NCBI GenBank assembly: GCA_965199955.1
Contig: CBDATQ010000002.1
Coordinates: forward strand, 448,001-512,000
Length of the DNA: 64,000 nucleotides
Direction of reading: 5' to 3'
From: Spirochaetia bacterium
GTDB lineage: Bacteria > Spirochaetota > Spirochaetia > SZUA-6 > Bin103
Both the position numbers and the translations under genes were made by a program. Below, piece after piece: positions 57,278 to 64,000 of this stretch; the first letter of the stretch is position 1, and each line of letters starts with the position of its first letter. The notes below the pieces were generated by a model that had not been told where the DNA came from, did no database searches, and saw only the letters and a program-made list of their open reading frames with translations.

Positions 57278-57397
57278 CGTGTTCCCGCCCGCTCCTGCGT
57301 GGTCATCGCCGTGCCATCATCCTCGATTTGTCACTCGGCCGCTCCGCACGAAACGTTCGCGTCTTGCGGGCACCCATCGCCTATAGTGGAACTCACC

Positions 57398-58576
57398 ATG
57401 CGCATCACCGACGTCCGCGCGTTCCTGGTATACGGCGGCACGCCAGAGCGGGCCGGCTGGCGCCACTGGCTGTTCGTGAAGGTCCACACCGACACGGGGC
57501 TGTACGGCGTCGGCGAATGCTGGGGCTGGCCGCGGGTCGTGCAGACCGCCATCAAGGATCTGAAGCCGCTGGTCGTCGGCGAGGACCCGTTCCTGATCGA
57601 GAGGATCTGGCAGAAGCTGTACGCCTCCACGCAGGGCCACGGCATGACCGGCGTGGTCGGCTCGGGCGCCATCACCGGCATCGAGCTGGCGCTCTGGGAC
57701 CTGAAGGGCAAGGCCCTGGAAACGCCGGTCTGGAACCTGCTGGGCGGCAAGATGCGCGACCGTATTCGCCTTTACGGCCACGCCTTCGACGAGGAGCGAG
57801 CGCGCGAGCTGGTCGACCGTGGCTTCACGGCGATGAAGCTCTTCGGCTGGCGGGACGCGGTCAGCCGCGTCGGCAGGATGCGCAGCGAGTTCGGGCCGGA
57901 GATCGACCTGATGGTCGACGCCGGCGGCGGGCCGTGGCAGACGCCGGCCGACGCGATCTCGCTGGGCCGACGTCTGGAGCGCTACGGCCTGCTGTTCTAC
58001 GAGGATCCCGTCTCGGCGGTGGACATCGACGGCCTGGCGCGGGTGGCGCAGGCGGTCGATCTGCCGATCGCGATCGGCGAGGCGTATCCCGACCTATTCG
58101 CGCTCCGTCCGCTGATCGAGCGGGGCATCATCGATGTCGCGCAGCCGGACACCGGCCGCTTCGGCGGGCTCTGGCAGATGAAGAAGCTGGCCGCGATCGC
58201 CGAGGCGCACCAGGTGATGGTCGCTCCGCACCAGGGCTCGCTCGGCCCGGTGGCGGAGATGGCGGCGATCCACCTGCTCGCGACCCTGCCGAACTATCTC
58301 ATGCACGAGTACCTGGTGAACGACGTCCCGCAGCGCTACGAGGTCATGATCGGGCAGCCGACGATCGAGGACGGCCACATCCTGGTTCCGGACCGCCCCG
58401 GTCTCGGCGTCGACCTGGACGAGGATGCGATCAAGCGCTACCCGCCGCAGGGAAACGCCATCCTGGTCGTGGAGGACCCGGACTACGGCTATCAGTACGT
58501 CGCCGCCCATCGACGCCGCGCCGCTTGGCTCGCCGAGCCGACCGATGCGACCGAGGTGCTCGGCTCGACCACCTGA
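57398..58576 (+). CDS. Mandelate racemase/enolase-family sugar-acid dehydratase
   Basis: GIELALWDLKGK, LLGGKMRD, D/E/E metal ligands, PGLG. Confidence 0.9.
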   Translation: MRITDVRAFLVYGGTPERAGWRHWLFVKVHTDTGLYGVGECWGWPRVVQTAIKDLKPLVVGEDPFLIERIWQKLYASTQGHGMTGVVGSGAITGIELALWDLKGKALETPVWNLLGGKMRDRIRLYGHAFDEERARELVDRGFTAMKLFGWRDAVSRVGRMRSEFGPEIDLMVDAGGGPWQTPADAISLGRRLERYGLLFYEDPVSAVDIDGLARVAQAVDLPIAIGEAYPDLFALRPLIERGIIDVAQPDTGRFGGLWQMKKLAAIAEAHQVMVAPHQGSLGPVAEMAAIHLLATLPNYLMHEYLVNDVPQRYEVMIGQPTIEDGHILVPDRPGLGVDLDEDAIKRYPPQGNAILVVEDPDYGYQYVAAHRRRAAWLAEPTDATEVLGSTT

Positions 58577-58671
58577 GGCGGTTCTACGACTTCGGATCAC
58601 GTCGACGCAATCTATGACCCCGCTTTTCTTGACGAGCTGGAACGTCTGATAGAGCGGATGCCGAGCCGCCC

Positions 58672-58815
58672 ATGATCGTCGTCATACAATGCGCCTCGGG
58701 CAAGAAGCCGGATACGGGCCATCTTCGCAGGACCAACGGACAGGAGGTCATGTTCGTCGCGGATCCCGAGATCGCTCCCGCTGACGAATCGTACGCGTAC
58801 GCGCGGCCGGATAAT
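58672..58815 (+). pseudogene. N-terminal fragment of a hypothetical protein
   Basis: MIVVIQCASGKK...FVADP...YARPD, then runs head-on into the vapC remnant. Confidence 0.35.
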
Positions 58816-59025
58816 TCGTTCCCGCGGCCCTCCGGCGCGGCGATAGCTCAGCCAGCGCCGTCCGATGCTATCGAGGCGTCGAGCGCGGCGAGCGTGACGT
58901 TGATTTCGCGCAGAGCGGCATCCAGCGCTTCCGGTCACCAAACGCGGGAGCGAGCTCCTCGAACCGTGCTGTTCGTCGGCCAGAAACACGTCCAACAGTA
59001 CGTTGGTGTCGACTGCGGTAATCAC
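58810..59025 (-). pseudogene. vapC: VapC PIN toxin, deleted and truncated
   Basis: MITAVDTNVLLDVF start; YRRAGGPRERII stops before the conserved ADFLIGAHA-type end. Confidence 0.75.
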
Positions 59026-59237
59026 CGTCCGCGGATTTCATCGATATAATCGTCCGTGCTGCCGGTCTTGCTCAGCACGGCATACACCCGGTCGACGGGG
59101 TGTTCCGCGGTGGTTCGCTTGTGAATCAACAGCCCGCGTTCGGTGGGAGTGATCTCGACCTCGACGTTGTGATTCATCCCGAAGCGGTCGCGAAGGGGCT
59201 TGGGAATCGTGATCTGGCCTCGTTCCGAGATCCTCAT
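59022..59237 (-). CDS. AbrB/MazE-fold antitoxin
   Basis: MRISERGQITIPKPLRDRFG; overlaps the vapC start. Confidence 0.88.
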   Translation of the reverse strand: MRISERGQITIPKPLRDRFGMNHNVEVEITPTERGLLIHKRTTAEHPVDRVYAVLSKTGSTDDYIDEIRGR

Positions 59238-59413
59238 GTCATCTCCGTATGAAAGTGGGCGTACTGAAATCATACTCGACAGTGCGGATCGCAACCAGAG
59301 CCCTACTGACCGTCGGCGCTGGCATCCGCGCGCGCAGTCAGATCGGTGCTCGGGTTCGGTGAGCTCGGGCAGACTCCCTCGGTCACGCGATGCATCGTAC
59401 AATCCTGTTCGTC

Positions 59414-60241
59414 ATGAAAATCGTACGCTACGAGCAGAACGGGGCGATCGGATACGGGCGTCAGCGGGACGACGGGTCGATCGTCGCCATCGACGACGGG
59501 CCGGCTGCGACCGCCGGGCGGGCGTGGGAGATCGCGCTGGACGCTGCGGATGGGCCGGTGGTCGAAGGGGCGAGGCTGCTGGCGCCGGTGGTGCCGACCG
59601 GGGTGCTGTGCATCGGGCTGAACTACCGCAAGCATGCGGAGGAGTCGGGGGCGCAGGTGCCCGAGCAGCCGATCCTGTTCATGAAGCTGCCGTCGGCGGT
59701 GCAGGCCCCCGGCGGGGACATCGTGCTGCCGCGCCGGCTGCGCAGCGACCAGGTGGACTACGAGGCGGAGCTGGCCGTCGTGATCGGCCGGCCGTGCCGG
59801 AACGTCGCGCGCGAGGAGGCGCTGGACTACGTGCTGGGGTACACCTGCGGCAACGACGTGAGCGCCCGCGACTGGCAGTTGCAGTGGGGCGGGGGACAAT
59901 GGTGCCGGGGCAAGACTTTCGCCACCTTCTGTCCGCTGGGGCCGGCGCTGGTGACGCCGGAGGACATCCCGGATCCCAACGCGCTCGGTATCAAGAGCGT
60001 CGTCAGCGGCGAGACCATGCAGGACTGGACGACACGCGACATGATCTTCGACGTGCCGGAGTTGATCGCCTTCCTGAGCGGCAGCACCACGCTGGAGCCG
60101 GGCACGGTGATCATGACCGGCACCCCGCACGGGGTGGGCTCGGCCCGCAAGCCGCCGCGGTTCCTGCAGCCGGGCGACAGCGTGACCATCGAGATCGAGT
60201 CGATCGGCGCGCTCACCAACCCGGTGGTCGAGGAGTCGTAG
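59414..60241 (+). CDS. Fumarylacetoacetate hydrolase family protein
   Basis: [29 protein letters not shown]. Confidence 0.93.
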   Translation: MKIVRYEQNGAIGYGRQRDDGSIVAIDDGPAATAGRAWEIALDAADGPVVEGARLLAPVVPTGVLCIGLNYRKHAEESGAQVPEQPILFMKLPSAVQAPGGDIVLPRRLRSDQVDYEAELAVVIGRPCRNVAREEALDYVLGYTCGNDVSARDWQLQWGGGQWCRGKTFATFCPLGPALVTPEDIPDPNALGIKSVVSGETMQDWTTRDMIFDVPELIAFLSGSTTLEPGTVIMTGTPHGVGSARKPPRFLQPGDSVTIEIESIGALTNPVVEES

Positions 60242-60243
60242 CG

Positions 60244-61005
60244 ATGGCAGCGCTGAGCGCCGAGCAGGTCGAGCGGTTCCGCCGCGACGGCTACCTGGTC
60301 GTCGACGGGCTGTTCGACACGGAGAGCCTGGAGCCGGCGCGGCGCCGCATCCGGGAGCTGGCGGCGCCGGATGCGCCGGCGATGGAGAAGGCCAAGCGGC
60401 AGGTGGAGCCGCTCGTGGAAGCGGGAGAGATGCGGGCCGACGGCTACGCCGCGTCGCTGCGCAAGATGTCGCACATGGCGTTCGAGGACCCCGTCTTCCT
60501 GACGCATGCGCGGGAGCCGCGGATCGTTGACATCATCGAGTCGCTGCTCGGCCCCGACCTCGTGCTGGCGCAGGACCAGTTGTTCATGAAGCCGCCACGC
60601 GTCGGGTCACGGCAGAAGTTCCATCAGGACACGCCGCTGGGCTTCCACCTGGATCCGCCCGACCGGATGGTCACCTGCTGGTGCGCTCTGGACGAGGCGA
60701 CCATCGCCAACGGCTGCCTGTGGATGATTCCGGGCAGCCACCTGGACGGCGTCACCGACCAGGAGACGTGGCGGCGCTACGAGCCGGTCGACGGCGTGGA
60801 GCCGCCTGAGGCGCGGCCGGTCGAGCTGGCGGCGGGGAGCTGCAGTTTTCACCACGGCCTCATCCTGCACGCCAGCCGTCCCAACCTGACCGACCGGCCG
60901 CGCTGGGGCTACGCCACGCACTATGCCAGTGCACGCTGCCGGTTCGAGGGCGAGGCGGGCGATCACGTGACCATCCGTGGCCGGCGCTTCCCCGGCTGCG
61001 TGTAG
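60244..61005 (+). CDS. PhyH-family dioxygenase
   Basis: FHQD, NGCLWMIPGSH, LHAS. Confidence 0.88.
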   Translation: MAALSAEQVERFRRDGYLVVDGLFDTESLEPARRRIRELAAPDAPAMEKAKRQVEPLVEAGEMRADGYAASLRKMSHMAFEDPVFLTHAREPRIVDIIESLLGPDLVLAQDQLFMKPPRVGSRQKFHQDTPLGFHLDPPDRMVTCWCALDEATIANGCLWMIPGSHLDGVTDQETWRRYEPVDGVEPPEARPVELAAGSCSFHHGLILHASRPNLTDRPRWGYATHYASARCRFEGEAGDHVTIRGRRFPGCV

Positions 61006-61014
61006 GGCGCGCCG

Positions 61015-61692
61015 CTACAGAGGCCAGTCGGCGCCGTCCTGCGGGACGAAGCCGATGGTGCGGCGGGCGTGCTCCAGGTCGCGGTAGCGGCCGCGGTTGG
61101 CAGAGACGGCGAACAGGATCGCGAAGCGCAGGTCGGCGGGGGCGTCGATGCAGCGCTCGACCGCCTGCACGGCGTCGCGGTGGCTGAGGTAGACCGCGGC
61201 CTCGCGCGGGTCCCGCGGCTGGTCGCCGGGCAGCACGCGGCCGATGCGCAGGCAGATCATGGACAGGCCGTACGAGTCGGCGTAGTCGCGGGCCAGCGCC
61301 TCGCCGAACGCCTTGGTGGCGGCATAGAGGCCGTTGGGCCGGACCGGGTCGTCGGTGGTGATCGCGTCGCGGTCGGCCGGCACGTCGTCCCAGCGCGCCT
61401 CGACCAGGGCGCGGTACGGCTCGTCCACCTCGTAGCCGGCGGCGACGGCGCCGGAGCTGGCGTAGACCACGCGGCGCACGCCGGCGGCGAGAGCCGCCTC
61501 GAATACGTGGTAGGTGCCGGTGACGTTGGTGGACAGGTGGCCGTACGGATCATTGTCGAGATAGGCGGCCAGATGCACGACCGTGTCGATGCCGTCGAAC
61601 GCGGGCCGGATCGCGTCGAGGTCGTTGAGGTCGGCGCGGACGGTGTCGACACCGTCGACCGGGGAGCGGTTCAGGGCGCGCAGCGTGCAGTG
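61015..61692 (-). pseudogene. NAD-dependent epimerase/uronate dehydrogenase-like protein, 5'-truncated
   Basis: VVHLAA, YASS, YAATK present; no GxxGxxG in frame; joined to an unrelated membrane fragment (DLLYAVIGGAGAILFMYAGF). Confidence 0.7.
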
Positions 61693-61900
61693 TCGAACCG
61701 GGTCACGTGGTTCAGGACCTTGAAGCCGGCGTACATGAACAGGATGGCCCCCGCGCCGCCGATCACGGCGTACAGCAGGTCAGCAGGACAACCTGAAGGT
61801 CGAACAGGCTCATTTCCCCTCCCCGTGGCGTGGTGCAGCGTCCCGTCTGGCACCGGCCGCCCACGGAGAGGATAATGAGGCCGCAGAGGAGTTGCACAAC

Positions 61901-62863
61901 ATGTCTTCACCGTCCCTGATCGATCCCTTCGGGCCGGACGCAGCGGGCGTCTGGCTCAAGGGCAACCTGCACGCCCACACCACCGAGTCGGACGGGCACG
62001 TCAAGCCCGGCCCCCGCGTCGCCCAGTACCGGGAGCGCGGCTACGACTTCCTGTGCCTGTCCGACCACCACCGCATCACGCGCGTGAACAGCGTGCCGGT
62101 GCCGGAGGGGATGACGCTGGTCCAGGGCGCCGAGATCCATCCGGACAACCCGTTCGGGGGCCAGGGGTACCACCTGCTGGCCTACAACATGACCGACGAC
62201 GTGGACGCCCAGCGCATGCCGCCGCAGCACGTCATCGACGCGGTCCGCGAGCAGGGCGGCTCGGTGTGGCTGGCGCACCCGCACTGGAGCGGCATCAACG
62301 TCCGCCGCGACGTGATGCCGCTGACCGGGCTGGCCGGCATCGAGGTGTTCAACTCGATCTGCCAGCGCATGGGCCGGGGCGAGGCCGGCATCATCTGGGA
62401 CGACTGGATGGACCACGCCGGCCACCCGCTGCCGGCGATCGCCAACGACGACTGCCACGGCAACCCCGCGCACGGCGACGACCTGTTCCAGGGCTGGACG
62501 ATGGTGCGCGCGGCCGACCGCTCGCCCCAGGCGATCGTGGCCGCGCTCGAACGGGGCGCGTCGTACTGCACGACGGGGCCGGAGATCCGCTCGCTGCGGG
62601 TCACTCGGTCCGAGCAGTCGGACGCGGACGATCGGCCGTATCGCCTGGAGGTGAGCTGCTCGCCGGCGGTGCGGGTGACGGCGGTCTGCAGTCTCAGGGG
62701 CGCGGACTACCCGGCCGGTCCGACCGATCCGGCGTACCCCTTCGAGCACGCCGTGCTGGGGCTGCGGGAGGCCGACTGGGTGCGCGTCGAGGTGCTCGAC
62801 ACCCACGGCCGCAAGGCGTGGAGCAACCCGATCGACCTGACCGGGCTGGCCCCCGCCGGCTGA
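61901..62863 (+). CDS. PHP-domain metallohydrolase (CehA/McbA-like)
   Basis: KGNLHAHT..SDG, SDH, AHPHW, DDCH, AWSNPI. Confidence 0.85.
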   Translation: MSSPSLIDPFGPDAAGVWLKGNLHAHTTESDGHVKPGPRVAQYRERGYDFLCLSDHHRITRVNSVPVPEGMTLVQGAEIHPDNPFGGQGYHLLAYNMTDDVDAQRMPPQHVIDAVREQGGSVWLAHPHWSGINVRRDVMPLTGLAGIEVFNSICQRMGRGEAGIIWDDWMDHAGHPLPAIANDDCHGNPAHGDDLFQGWTMVRAADRSPQAIVAALERGASYCTTGPEIRSLRVTRSEQSDADDRPYRLEVSCSPAVRVTAVCSLRGADYPAGPTDPAYPFEHAVLGLREADWVRVEVLDTHGRKAWSNPIDLTGLAPAG

Positions 62864-62941
62864 CCGGCGGCGCCACACGCACCGCGGTCGGAAAGGCACG
62901 CGGCGGCGCCGGCGATGGCGCCGCCGCGCGGGAAAGGAGGG

Positions 62942-63240
62942 TCAGTTGCCTCCGACGATATCCAGGTAGCGGTCCCACTTCTGCTGGTAGACCTGCACGA
63001 ACCGGTCGCTGCCCAGCTTGGCGACGGTCTGCAGGTACTCGTCCCACTTCTCGTCGATCGACTCCTGGCCGACGATGAACTTGTCCTTCATCTCGTGGTA
63101 GTAGGTGACCAGGTCGCCCCGCACCTCGTTGATGGTGTCGATCTCCTCCTTGGTGCTGGCGATCGGCGGGAACGGCTCGAAGAAGTGCTGCAGCTTCTCG
63201 TCGAGCGGAAAGATCCAGGCAGGGAAGCGGTTGATCCACG
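62942..63240 (-). pseudogene. C-terminal fragment of a sugar-type extracellular solute-binding protein
   Basis: KFIVG...WDEY...LG.D..VQVYQ..WDRY tail; 5' part replaced by the Fic segment. Confidence 0.65.
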
Positions 63241-63299
63241 CCTGCTTAGGCGGCCCCGTCGATGGCAATAACGACCTCGGTGTGCCATAATCCGGTGCC

Positions 63300-64000
63300 A
63301 TGAGCCGCTCATGGGAGCGAATCACCGATTACACGAACCATCCTGCGGATCTTGCCAACCGGGATTGAAGCACTTGGCGGAGGTCTGGAGTGAACAGCGT
63401 GCTTCTCTGGAGACGGAAGGTCCGTTCATTCGGTTCAACGAAAGACTCAAACGAGAATGGGCCATCGAAACAGGATTGATCGAGCGCCTGTACGTTCTCG
63501 ATCGAGGGGTAACCAGACTCCTGATCGAACAAGGAATAGATGCTGCTCTGATTTCCCATTCCAGCAATCAGAACGCCAAGTCAGTCACGTCCATGATCAT
63601 CGACCATCAGGCCGTCGTAGATGGAATCTTCATGTTCGTGAAGGGCGATCGTCCGCTTTCCACGAGCTATATCAAGGAAATTAACGCCCTGATGACTCGT
63701 AGCCAGGAGACCGTCGAAGCGTTCGATGCAATGGGATCGATCGCAAATGTCGATCTGATTCGAGGCGACTACAAGCGCTTGCCCAACAATCCAACCAAGC
63801 TCGACGGAAGCGTCCATCAGTACTGTCCTCCGGAGCATGTAGCTTCGGAAATGGACCGGCTCATGGAGATGCATCTCGCTCACCGGGACTCGCCTCCGGA
63901 GGTGGAAGCCGCTTGGCTGCATCACCGATTCGTCCAGATTCATCCGTTTCAGGACGGGAATGGACGGATCGCCAGAGCGCTCTCCACTCTGATATTCGTC
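63300..64000 (+). CDS. Fic-family protein (partial; frameshift near 63365)
   Basis: REWAIETGLIERLY..DRGVT..LIE.G and HHRFVQIHPFQDGNGRIAR Fic motif; lower GC. Confidence 0.85.

Overview
High-GC bacterial chromosomal window, most likely from a Spirochaetota (Spirochaetaceae-like) genome. This is inferred from the murG-cvpA-holB-sensor kinase-sigma54 activator gene order, a solitary groES and a spirochete-type hypothetical gene. The repeated PhyH dioxygenases, sulfatase, TA debris and a YWTD eukaryotic-like repeat resemble host-associated (e.g. sponge-symbiont) genomes, but this is inference only. Left to right: a peptide/oligosaccharide ABC transporter; a P63C gene and low-GC ORFans; a triple-nested IS (an rve/ISNCY-like element with IS1634 in its left end and IS66 in its transposase); vapBC; sulfatase and PhyH; a nurA-herA-sbcD-sbcC operon whose herA has an in-frame TAA; a housekeeping block (htrA, uvrB, murG, cvpA, holB, two-component system, J-domain protein, groES, a sigma70-family gene behind a perfect sigma54 promoter, ppdK); ABC exporters; a duplicated phage-like divergent HTH switch flanked by Rpn nuclease sequences and secreted/eukaryotic-like cargo; polB; catabolic enzymes; and a Fic gene. 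Best candidates for new biology are the duplicated Rpn/CI-Cro-like/cargo cassette (50346-54862), a Borrelia-like Hk2-Rrp2-RpoN-sigma cascade, and the archaeal-type resection operon. Many single-base frameshifts could be assembly errors.
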